Below, piece by piece: positions 25,218 to 36,692 of a DNA stretch of 64,000 bases (the stretch's first letter is position 1; the number at the start of each line of letters is the position of its first letter). The notes under the pieces were generated by a model. The model did no database searches. It saw only the letters and a program-made list of their open reading frames with translations, and was not told the origin of the DNA. Position numbers and translations under genes: made by a program. The stretch is from Macrostomum lignano (Eukaryota), in the NCBI GenBank assembly GCA_002269645.1, contig NIVC01001974.1, positions 1-64,000 on the forward strand, read 5' to 3'.

Positions 25218-25905
25218 TTCCAATGCAGAAAAAGCAGCAGAAGCCCTTTGTACTCACAGCTTGAGATGTCGAATTCGACTGACAGTAAACTCTTCTGCTA
25301 AGTCGGTCTTCGCCCCGAGGGTGACAAAAACGATTGCGAGCTGCAGCCACAGACAGTTCTGTACAAAGCGATTCCTGTCTCACTGGCAGCGTCTGAGGGC
25401 CGCGATTGTCTATGGCTAACACCAGCTATATGGGCATGCGGAGCCGTGCACTTTTTTTGGAGTGCAAGGGGAACCCGTTCTCAAATTTACCAGCTTTTTA
25501 ATGAGCGTCGTAGTGAGCGTGTTGGTAAACACGCTATACCATTGTCGTTTACCACAGCGTGCAAGAAATACTTCTAGCATGCAGGAATGCAGCATGCATG
25601 CTAGCGCGCACTCGTGCAGATGTTATTCCCGCACTCGTGACCGTGCAGGAATCATTCATTATTTCAGCATTAGCAGGCGTTTGAACCATAGTCGATTAGT
25701 TAACTATGCATGTATCCCCCTTTTGCCCCGGGCGAGTGTCTATGTGACGCATGTTTTCATTTATTTCCCTAGGTGAATAAATCATTTATTTCCCGCTGCC
25801 CCGCGGGCTGATAAATTTGTCTGTGGCCTAAATGTGGGGGCTTCGCCCCCACACCCCCAGCGAGCAATCTGCCCCTCATCCCTGCTAGCAGCCAACATAC
25901 CGAAC

Positions 25906-26067
25906 GGGGGATACATATCATATTCCCCACTCATTTAGCTGTCTAGGGCCAAAAGCACTCGGTGTCTCGATCATTGACCTCGGCTTCGCCTCGGTCAATA
26001 AACGAGACACATCTTGCTTTTGCCCGCTAGACAACAAAATAAATGGGGAATATATACCATTTATCCC
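25906..26067. repeat. Imperfect palindrome (fold-back), about 70-bp arms, GGCTTCGCC apex
   Basis: Arm matches ATATTCCCCA, TGTCTAG, CAAAAGCA, GTGTCTCG and ATTGACC on both sides. Confidence 0.75.
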
Positions 26068-28288
26068 CCACTTGGGCCGGGCCAAATAAATGGCTAAGCC
26101 ATAGAAAAGAGCCATTCATTTATTTGGCGTCTCCCTTCTCCTTTTTCTCATTCCTTCTCGTTTTTTACCATAGACTACAGACCTTGGCACCGTCAGCCAA
26201 GCGAGGGATAAATAGAGTATTACCCCTATGGATTCATTTGAATAATCGCAAACAGTCTAACGTTACATGGCATTCTATAATGCACTGAAAAAGGATAGTC
26301 AAGACATTTTAGCTAACAAACAATGGAAAACGCGCGCATTAAGCACAAAAACAACACAGTAGTCATCGACTGCTCATCAGAAGTTGCTCATTAAAACTGA
26401 AATGTGCAATTCTTGAAGTGGCAGTTCTCGAAGAATCGAACTGCGCGTTCCGAATCCATCCGACCTGCAGATTAATGGACAATGTAAAAAATTCAGTTTC
26501 TATATAGCCATTAGTATAGCCACAAATTTACTTACAATGTTGACATATTACACTTACCATGCTTCACCCGCATCTCCTGTGTCACCTCCACTGAAGCATA
26601 GGTCGCACGGTTCGTTCAGTCGTCGACAGGAAGATTTTTCCAAATAATAAGCGGGGCTGTTTCACGAGATGCACCAGCCATAGTTGTTTGGCAAGACAAG
26701 TAGCTTTCACTCGCACTAGGTAGGGTCCGCTTTCCTGATTTCTTGCGAGACGTAAGCGAAATCAGCACTCATCACAGTGTTGTCTATGGTCAAACTAAGA
26801 CACACATCTCAGTCGTCTATGGGTAAAATAACTCTCAAAACAGCCAATTAAAGTGTGATAAAAAGTGTGAAATAATGACCGCGCCCGGAACGCTGAAATA
26901 ATGGCCGCCAGACTACGCTATGCTAAAATTAATGGCCTATATGTGTCTTATAGACAATGAAGTTGCGTACGCGCACTCGTGTTTGGCCATTATTTCAGTC
27001 CCTACCTATTACGCAATCTACCATTGTCGTTTACGAGCGTACCACAGCGTGCAAGAAATACTTCTAGCATGCAGGAATGCTTTAGTCTATGGGCAATTCT
27101 CCTTATTCTTCTAATGATTACACAGTATCTTGGCGTGCAGGAATGACTTCTGCATTCCTGCACGATCATGCCGTTTTATTTATAGAACAGAACTAATTAA
27201 GTAAAGACAACGTGCACAAAACAAGAAGAAAGAAACAAAGAAACATAGAGAAACTTCTCCCATATTCAATGTAAATTAAATCGCCCACTCAGTGACTTAG
27301 TTCTCGGTTCTTAGTCTCACTCGAATATAAACTCTACCGTATTTGTCTCTCCGTTGGCGAGAATCTTCACTCGCTTCGATTGGGCTGTTGTTAGGGTTGT
27401 CGATGATTCTGCAACCACAAGTGACGTCTTAACAACCGATGTTGACGCTGCACTTCCCGCGGCAGTAACCACCGCTGTAGTCTGAATCGCTGCTGTGGAA
27501 CTGTTGCTAGTCGATGCTGACGCCGGCAATGTTCCATCCAGAGCAGTAGTAAGATGGCCACTCATCCCTGCCATTATTGAGTCTCTCTTCTTGCCTCGCC
27601 GAATGTATCGCTCCACCGATGCACTAGTCTATGGTAGTAAAAAGAGACATCTTTCGTTATCATTAAGCTCTACTATTTCAAACATTTATCCATATACTTT
27701 CAAGTAATTTCAAACTATTTTGCTTCTCACCTTGTGACCAGTAACCTTTGCTATCTTTTCGCGCTCGCAGAGATCTTCTTGAACAGCGGTCCCAATGTGT
27801 TAATTCCAATCGGCTGTTTGGTGTACCAGATGCCATCTCTTTGAAACTCTCGCTCATTTTTATTTTTAAAACTTCAGTATTTTAACCTTCCAAACCCACA
27901 CTTTTGGTTTCGTTTCTTATACTGTAGCTTATTTTCTAGAAAAACGTGCAGGAATGACTTTGTCTATGGTCAAAGGACAATGCAGTCTAATATTGGTTTT
28001 TGCATGCTAAGTGAGACATTTTTCAAGCAATCTGAGACTGCATAGCAAAAACACTATTGTCTATGGCCACCCCTCGCTGCAGCCCAACTTTTTGGGATCG
28101 CCTTGCAAGCAAAGTGAGAAATTTTTTAAAGCTAAGTGAGAACCATATTGAAAACAAAGGCTGGGCTATGGCAAATCAACTGCGTCTAACAAGCAACCAC
28201 CCCTTTTAATTTCGTAAAACCACCCCTTTGTTTTTAGAAAGTTTGTTTTTAGAACAATATTTTCAGAATGGTGCTGTCAGCGATTATT

Positions 28289-31247
28289 ATTTTGGCGCCG
28301 CAGGCACCATTTTAGCGCCGCAGGCACTCATTTTAGCGCCGCAGGCACTCATTTTAGCGCCGAAGGCACTCATTTTAGCGCCGCAGGCACTCATTTTAGC
28401 GCCGCAGGCACTCATTTTAGCGCCGCAGGCACTCATTTTAGCGCCGCAGGCACTCATTTTAGCGCCGCAGGCACTCATTTTAGCGCCGAAGGCACTCATT
28501 TTAGCGCTGCAGGCACTCATTTTAGCGCCGCAGGCACTCATTTTAGCGCCGAAGGCACTCATTTTAGCGCCGAAGGCACTCATTTTAGCGCCGCAGGCAC
28601 TCATTTTAGCGCCGAAGGCACTCATTTTAGCGCCGCAGGCACTCATTTTAGCGCCGAAGGCACTCATTTTAGCGCTGCAGGCACTCATTTTAGCGCCGCA
28701 GGCACTCATTTTAGCGCCGAAGGCACTCATTTTAGCGCCGAAGGCACTCATTTTAGCGCTGCAGGCACTCATTTTAGCGCTGCAGGCACTCATTTTAGCG
28801 CCGCAGGCACTCATTTTAGCGCCGCAGGCACTCATTTTAGCGCCGAAGGCACTCATTTTAGCGCTGCAGGCACTCATTTTAGCGCTGCAGGCACTCATTT
28901 TAGCGCCGCAGGCACTCATTTTAGCGCCGAAGGCACTCATTTTAGCGCCGAAGGCACTCATTTTAGCGCCGCAGGCACTCATTTTAGCGCCGAAGGCACT
29001 CATTTTAGCGCCGAAGGCACTCATTTTAGCGCCGCAGGCACTCATTTTAGCGCCGCAGGCACTCATTTTAGCGCCGCAGGCACTCATTTTAGCGCCGCAG
29101 GCACTCATTTTAGCGCCGCAGGCACTCATTTTAGCGCCGAAGGCACTCATTTTAGCGCTGCAGGCACTCATTTTAGCGCCGCAGGCACTCATTTTAGCGC
29201 CGAAGGCACTCATTTTAGCGCGAAGGCACTCATTTTAGCGCCGCAGGCACTCATTTTAGCGCCGAAGGCACTCATTTTAGCGCCGCAGGCACTCATTTTA
29301 GCGCCGAAGGCACTCATTTTAGCGCTGCAGGCACTCATTTTAGCGCCGCAGGCACTCATTTTAGCGCCGAAGGCACTCATTTTAGCGCCGAAGGCACTCA
29401 TTTTAGCGCTGCAGGCACTCATTTTAGCGCTGCAGGCACTCATTTTAGCGCCGCAGGCACTCATTTTAGCGCCGCAGGCACTCATTTTAGCGCCGAAGGC
29501 ACTCATTTTAGCGCTGCAGGCACTCATTTTAGCGCTGCAGGCACTCATTTTAGCGCCGCAGGCACTCATTTTAGCGCCGAAGGCACTCATTTTAGCGCCG
29601 AAGGCACTCATTTTAGCGCCGCAGGCACTCATTTTAGCGCCGAAGGCACTCATTTTAGCGCCGCAGGCACTCATTTTAGCGCCGAAGGCACTCATTTTAG
29701 CGCCGAAGGCACTCATTTTAGCGCCGAAGGCACTCATTTTAGCGCCGCAGGCACTCATTTTAGCGCCGCAGGCACTCATTTTAGCGCCGAAGGCACTCAT
29801 TTTAGCGCCGCAGGCACTCATTTTAGCGCCGAAGGCACTCATTTTAGCGCCGAAGGCACTCATTTTAGCGCTGCAGGCACTCATTTTAGCGCTGCAGGCA
29901 CTCATTTTAGCGCCGCAGGCACTCATTTTAGCGCCGAAGGCACTCATTTTAGCGCTGCAGGCACTCATTTTAGCGCTGCAGGCACTCATTTTAGCGCCGC
30001 AGGCACTCATTTTAGCGCCGAAGGCACTCATTTTAGCGCCGCAGGCACTCATTTTAGCGCCGAAGGCACTCATTTTAGCGCCGAAGGCACTCATTTTAGC
30101 GCTGCAGGCACTCATTTTAGCGCCGCAGGCACTCATTTTAGCGCCGAAGGCACTCATTTTAGCGCCGAAGGCACTCATTTTAGCGCCGCAGGCACTCATT
30201 TTAGCGCCGAAGGCACTCATTTTAGCGCCGCAGGCACTCATTTTAGCGCCGAAGGCACTCATTTTAGCGCTGCAGGCACTCATTTTAGCGCCGCAGGCAC
30301 TCATTTTAGCGCCGAAGGCACTCATTTTAGCGCCGAAGGCACTCATTTTAGCGCTGCAGGCACTCATTTTAGCGCTGCAGGCACTCATTTTAGCGCCGCA
30401 GGCACTCATTTTAGCGCCGCAGGCACTCATTTTAGCGCCGAAGGCACTCATTTTAGCGCCGCAGGCACTCATTTTAGCGCCGAAGGCACTAATTTTAGCG
30501 CCGAAGGCACTCATTTTAGCGCCGAAGGCACTCATTTTAGCGCCGCAGGCACTAATTTTAGCGCCGCAGGCACTCATTTTAGCGCCGAAGGCACTCATTT
30601 TAGCGCCGCAGGCACTCATTTTAGCGCCGAAGGCACTCATTTTAGCGCCGAAGGCACTCATTTTAGCGCTGCAGGCACTCATTTTAGCGCTGCAGGCACT
30701 CATTTTAGCGCCGCAGGCACTCATTTTAGCGCCGAAGGCACTCATTTTATCGCCGCAGGCACTCATTTTAGCGCCGAAGGCACTCATTTTAGCGCCGCAG
30801 GCACTAATTTTAGCGCCGAAGGCACTCATTTTAGCGCCGCAGGCACTTATTTTAGCGCCGCAGGCACTAATTTTAGCGCCGAAGGCACTCATTTTAGCGC
30901 CGAAGGCACTCATTTTAGCGCCGCAGGCACTCATTTTAGCGCCGAAGGCACTCATTTTAGCGCCGAAGGCACTCATTTTAGCGCCGAAGGCACTCATTTT
31001 AGCGCCGCAGGCACTCATTTTAGCGCCGCAGGCACTCATTTTAGCGCCGAAGGCACTCATTTTAGCGCCGCAGGCACTAATTTTAGCGCCGAAGGCACTC
31101 ATTTTAGCGCCGCAGGCACTCATTTTAGCGCCGAAGGCACTCATTTTAGCGCCGAAGGCACTCATTTTAGCGCCGAAGGCACTCATTTTAGCGCCGCAGG
31201 CACTCATTTTAGCGCCGAAGGCACTCATTTTAGCGCCGAAGGCACTC
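28289..31247. repeat. 21-mer minisatellite (GCACTCATTTTAGCGCCGCAG)n, about 140 units
   Basis: Three main variants (CCGCAG, CCGAAG, CTGCAG). Confidence 0.98.
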
Positions 31248-31567
31248 TATTGATTTCACAGCCCATGTCGGCGAGACCGCCAACAGTATCCGCGGCCGCA
31301 TGCCTGTGGTGCTCGCCTACACCAAGGGGAGAAGCCTCCGAACTCTGTTTTGCCATAGTCGGCTCGGTCCTGCCAACTAATTCCTTTTTTGACGCCTGTA
31401 CAGAGACCATTTTGCTTCTATTTTTTGCACTCTGCGCTTTCATTAGTTATATATATTGATGTTTTATGCGCTTGTGCACACCGCTCAATCGATTTTCCCT
31501 CACTGGCGTTATCGATCGCGTTAAAATATTGACGGCAATTCGCACCAAATACATTTTACTCGCATTC

Positions 31568-31604
31568 TGCCCTGACGAGGAGCAACTCACTTGAAATATC
31601 GGCA
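31568..31604 (+). ncRNA. Candidate minimal type-I hammerhead ribozyme relic (Penelope-like)
   Basis: TGCC-CTGACGA-GGAGCAACTCACTT-GAAA-TA-TC-GGCA: core boxes and stem I present; stem II imperfect; stem III very short. Confidence 0.35.
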
Positions 31605-31839
31605 AATCTAACTAAACTGACTTTGTCAGTCCTTATATTTTATCGTGTCAGCGCCTGAGATTGGAGGCGCTCTCCTCTCTCCCACTCTCTCGATCTCCCT
31701 CTCTCTCTTCCCCTCTCACGCTAGAGTGCCAAAGCGAACTTTTTAAGAGCGAGACAGAGACTGGGAGTATCGTCAGCCGGGATTCGACATCTCAAGCTTT
31801 CGAGTACAAAGGGATTCTGCTGCTTTTTCTGCATTGGAA

Positions 31840-33253
31840 ATGTCTGTCAGACGTCTGCTGCTTCTGAGCTGTCTTGCTGCAACACTGCTCTGCGGACTAG
31901 GCTGCTTATCTTCCAAGAAAGGTAAGAAGGATCGATTAAACTCAGATCCACTGCCCGTCTGCTCACTCCAGTCAACTGCCTGTCCTCATTGCCCCTTGAC
32001 CCAGGATAAATTCCCATTGTGTTCATATCCCTAATTGCTCCTTATTTTTTCGAATCTCCCTGTATCTCCAGGCCCTCTTCAGACTCTTCTGCCTCTTCAG
32101 CAAGACTCCACACCTTAAATTTCAGAGAAAGCTACAGCTGAGAGCTACTCCCGTAAGTTAAAGTATGTTTTCAATTTTTTTACGATTCATTGCTTTTCCA
32201 GGAACAGTGCAGTGGAGTAGTGTCTCCCACTCTTTGCCTCACTGTCTCACTGTCTGTCTCACTGTCTGTCTCACTGTCTGTCTCACTGTCTGTCTCACTA
32301 TCTGTCTCACTGTCTCACTGTCTCTCTATCTCACTGTCTGTCTCTCTGTCTGTCTCTCCTTCTGTCTCTCTGTCTCTCTGTCTGTCTGTCTGTCTCTCTG
32401 TCCGTCTCACCGTCTGTCTCTCTGTCTCACCGTCTGTCTCTCTGTCTGTCTGTCTCACTGTCTGTCTCTCTGTCTGTCTCACTGTCTGTCTCTCTGTCTC
32501 ACTGTCTCTCTATCTCACTGTCTGTCTCTCTGTCTGTCTCTCCTTCTGTCTCTCTGTCTCTCTGTCTCACTGTCTGTCTCTCTGTCTCACTGTCTGTCTC
32601 ACTGTCTGTCTCTCTGTCTGTCTGTCTGTCTCTCTGTCCGTCTCACTGTCTGTCTCTCTGTCTCACCGTCTGTCTCTCTGTCTGTCTGTCTCACTGTCTG
32701 TCTCTCTGTCTGTCTCACTGTCTGTCTCTCTGTCTCACTGTCTCTCTATCTCACTGTCTGTCTCTCTGTCTGTCTCTCTGTCTGTCTCTCTGTCTCTCTG
32801 TCTCACTGTCTGTCTCTCTGTCTCACTGTCTCACTGTCTGTCTCACTGTTTCTCTGTCTCAATGTCTGTCTCACTGTCTGTCTCTCTGTCTGTCTCTCTG
32901 TCTCATTGTCTCTCTGTCTGTCTGACTGTCTCGCTGTGCTCAATTTTTTCTTGCTATTCTTTTTTACAGCAAAGTATCTTGGCTGTTATGTTAGTAAAGC
33001 AGAGGTTTTAAAAAATGCGAGTTATAAAACCAAGGACATGACGATCGAGAACTGCGCTCAGCTGTGCACGGTGAAGAGACCGGGAAAAACATTAATGGGC
33101 TTGACTGAAGGAAAATACTGTCTCTGCGACAACGCAAAGTCCTCGTTTGGTTTATTTGCCATCAATCAGTGGTGCGACTTTGCTTGTGGCGGCGACCGCA
33201 CACAGCACTGTGGGGGTAAAGAAGCCACCTCTGTGTACCAATTGCAGAACTGA
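31840..33253 (+). CDS. Secreted single-WSC-domain protein, paralog C (intact)
   Basis: Exon 1 31840-31921 MSVRRLLLLSCLAATLLCGLGCLSSKK; exon 2 32970-33253 AKYLGCYVSK...ENCAQLC...GKYCLC...WCDFACGGDRTQHCGGKEATSVYQLQN*; phase-1 intron. Confidence 0.92.
32225..32935. repeat. Pyrimidine-rich TGTC/TCTC low-complexity satellite in WSC-C intron 1
   Basis: Units such as CTGTCTCTCTGT and CTCACTGT. Confidence 0.93.
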
Positions 33254-33329
33254 TTTGCTGCAGCCAAGTATGCGGCTTTTTTATGCGTGTAATCACATTT
33301 ATCTCTGTCTGTGTCCCTGTTACAGGTTC

Positions 33330-34437
33330 TTAGTGTCTCATTGTCTTAGTGTCTCAGTGTCTCAGTGTCTCATTGTCTCAGTGTCTCAGTGTCTCAGTGT
33401 CTCAGTGTCTCAGTGTCTCAGTGTCTCAGTGTCTCAGTGTCTCAGTGTCTCAGTGTCTCATTGTCTCAGTGTCTCAGTGTCTCAGTGTCTCAGTGTCTCA
33501 GTGTCTCAGTGTCTCATTGTCTCAGTGTCTCAGTGTCTCAGTGTCTCAGTGTCTCATTGTCTCAGTGTCTCAGTGTCTCAGTGTCTCAGTGTCTCATTGT
33601 CTCAGTGTCTCAGTGTCTCAGTGTCTCATTGTCTCAGTGTCTCAGTGTCTCAGTGTCTCATTGTCTCAGTGTCTCAGTGTCTCAGAGTCTCAGTGTCTCA
33701 GTGTCTCAGTGTCTCATTGTCTCAGTGTCTCAGTGTCTCAGTGTCTCAGTGTCTCATTGTCTCAGTGTCTCAGTGTCTCAGTGTCTCATTGTCTCAGTGT
33801 CTCAGTGTCTCAGTGTCTCAGTGTCTCAGTGTCTCAGTGTCTCAGTGTCTCAGTGTCTCAGTGTCTCAGTGTCTCAGTGTCTCATTGTCTCAGTGTCTCA
33901 GTGTCTCAGTGTCTCAGTGTCTCAGTGTCTCTGTGTCTCATTGTCTCATTGTCTCATTGTCTCATTGTCTCACAGTCTCAGTGTCTCAGTGTCTCACAGT
34001 CTCAGTGTCTCAGTGTCTCAGTGTCTGAGTGTCTCAGTGTCTCAGTGTCTCAGTGTCTCAGTGTCTCAGTGTCTCAGTGTCTCAGTGTCGGAGTGTCTCA
34101 GTGTCTCAGTGTCTCAGTGTCTCAGTGTCTCAGTGTCTCAGTGTCTCAGTGTCTCAGTGTCTCAGTGTCGGAGTGTCTCAGTGTCTCAGTGTCTCAGTGT
34201 CTCAGTGTCTCAGTGTCTCAGTGTCTCAGTGTCTCAGAGTCTCAGTGTCTCAGTGTCTCTGTGTCTCAGTGTCTCAGTGTCTCAGTGTCTCAATGTCTCA
34301 GTGTCTCAGTGCCTCAGTGTCTCATTGTCTCAGTGTCTCAGTGTCTCAGTGTCTCATTGTCTCAGTGTCTCAGTGTCTCAGTGTCTTAGTGTCTCAGTGT
34401 CTCAGTGTCTCAGTGTCTCAGTGTCTCAGTGTCTCAT
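33330..34437. repeat. (GTCTCAGT)n satellite in predicted 3'-UTR intron of WSC-C
   Basis: Lies between donor CAA|GTATGC (33268) and acceptor CAACAG (34525). Confidence 0.97.
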
Positions 34438-35350
34438 TAGAAAGTCAGCATCAAGTCAGCTGCAACGTGCAGTAGAAGTACAGAAATTTCAGACCACTGA
34501 CTTACTGTTTATCATTTCACAACAGGTCATGCTCCAGTGATTCGACAGCCACAATCACCTATAGAAATTCAATGAGGAACCAATACATCCTTAAGCATCA
34601 AGTTAGCTTCTCTGCTTGAGTCACGTGCGACCGATCTGTCAGCACGCATTTATGTTTTGTAAAAAAATCTGATCATATGCTCTTCATAAACAGCTGTATT
34701 ATACAGTTAGGCCTCTGTAAGTATTAAAGCCAATGTGCTTCTTCTGTAGTAGCGAATGCTTTTTATAATTGCATGTTCTCATCATAGTTCTCATTTAGCA
34801 ACTAGTCTTGTTTGCAGATTTAAGATAGGGAAAGTATAGATAATCACATTTATGTTGTAAGTGCTGCTTGACAATTTAAATATACAGTAGCTTGAGGTTT
34901 CTCATTCTTTAAATTAAATTATTTATCATGGACCATGAAATACTAACTTAAAACCCTGAAATCGACTGACAGGGAGGCTGTAGAGACACTGAGACGTCTG
35001 ATGATGCAGCGTCCTCCAGCACATGAGCAGTGCCCGTCGTTTTGACTTCTGGGGGTGGCTGCACTGTGACTTGTCTAATTGGTTCTGTGCATTTTTGAGT
35101 TGTCTAATTTACTACTCTGGACCGGCTCCGTGGGCCTCGGTGTAAATTGTATATATCCGCAAATCAGCCTTAGAGCAGTGTCCTTCATCCACAGGTCAAC
35201 GGCAGCACCGGACTGAACTTCTTTGCTGGTCGCCGTTTTGGTGGGGGGTCTTTGTGGTGGGGTGGTGGCAAGCTGCTTCCATCTACCCCTTAATGCCGGT
35301 TTGCGTTGCGGTGCACTAGCTGTCCAAGGACTACTAAACACTCGAAATCT

Positions 35351-35726
35351 ATGGAAAATCTTTTGAAGGCCACTTTTTCAAACAATGTCACTTTTGAATG
35401 GATGCACGTAGAAATTAATGGTCTTTTTTTCGCAGGGACTTTCGAACTTTATTACCATTAATGATTAAATAGCATTTGCGGCATTGGCTTAACTTAATTT
35501 TCTTTAAATTTCCCTTTTCTTGTGTAATTAAGGTAACCAATTTTTTCAACAGGGTATGCCTTTCTATCTAAAATGAATTACATGCCTTAAACTCCATTTC
35601 TAACTCTTCTGAGGGTTCGATTAGCCATTTAGAATCTGTAAACAATATAAATAAATGTTAATTTTAAAGCGGTATAGTATCCAGCAAAATATTTAACTAA
35701 AGTGGCCTTCAAAACTTTTTCCCCAT
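35351..35726. mobile_element. MITE-like AT-rich element with about 25-bp imperfect inverted ends
   Basis: TTTTGAAGGCCACTTT (about 35361) vs AAAGTGGCCTTCAAAA (about 35699); no TSD found. Confidence 0.45.
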
Positions 35727-36039
35727 GAAAAGTGAGTCTAGCGTTGCTTTAGTTGTCCTTGTAGATGTCTACCTGCCCCGGCGTCCTTCGCCTAATCTCG
35801 ACCTTGACGCCCCTCTGGGCACGTCCTGGTAAATTATATGCGATTCCCTGTACCAGCAGGATCCCTCTTTATCGCAGAACGTTGCTTCCTTCAGACGTGG
35901 ACGCCGCCTCGATCTCAATGGTCACCTTTTCCGTGGCGGGGTCAAGGCAACCTGCAGGCCCTCAGACATGGCTCCGCTCTGTCTGCAGGGTGGTCTTTGC
36001 TAAAAACTGCACCGCTTATAACGGCTGGATGTCGTTATA

Positions 36040-36692
36040 AGGCACTCATTCTGGCACCGCAGGCACTCATTTTGGCGCTGCAGGCACTCATTTTGGCACT
36101 GCAGGCACTCATTTTAGCACTGCAGGCACTCATTTTGGCACTGCAGGCACTCATTTTAGCGCCGCAGGCACTCATTTTGGCACTGCAGGCACTCATTTTG
36201 GCACTGCAGGCACTCATTTTGGCACTGCAGGCACTCATTTTGGCACTGCAAGCACTCATTTTGGCACTGCAGGCACTCATTTTAGCGCCGCAGGCACTCA
36301 TTTTGGCACTGCAGGCACTCATTTTGGCACTGCAGGCACTCATTTTGGCACTGCAAGCACTCATTTTGGCACTGCAGGCACTCATTTTGGCACTGCAGGC
36401 ACTCATTTTGGCACTGCAGGCACTCATTTTGGCACTGCAGGCACTCATTTTGGCACTGCAGGCACTCATTTTAGCACTGCAGGCACTCATTTTGGCACTG
36501 CAGGCACTCATTTTAGCGCCGCAGGCACTCATTTTGGCACTGCAGGCACTCATTTTGGCACTGCAGGCACTCATTTTGGCACTGCAGGCACTCATTTTGG
36601 CGCCGCAGGCACTCATTTTGGCACTGCAAGCACTCATTCTGGCGCCACAGGGACTCATATTAGCGCCAAAGACACTCATTTTTGCGCCGCAG
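36040..36692. repeat. 21-mer minisatellite (GCACTCATTTTGGCACTGCAG)n
   Basis: About 31 units; same family as 28289-31247. Confidence 0.95.

Noticed and set aside
27317-27616. Thr/Ser/Ala-rich ORF MERYIRRGKKR as a transposase N-terminus
   Set aside because: Low complexity, no recognisable domain and no downstream continuation.
28289-31247. Possible CRISPR array
   Set aside because: Units are head-to-tail with no unique spacers, there are no cas genes, and the context is eukaryotic.
35765-36040. GC-rich segment resembling an exon
   Set aside because: Every minus-strand frame after the candidate acceptors hits a stop, and no family motif was recognised.
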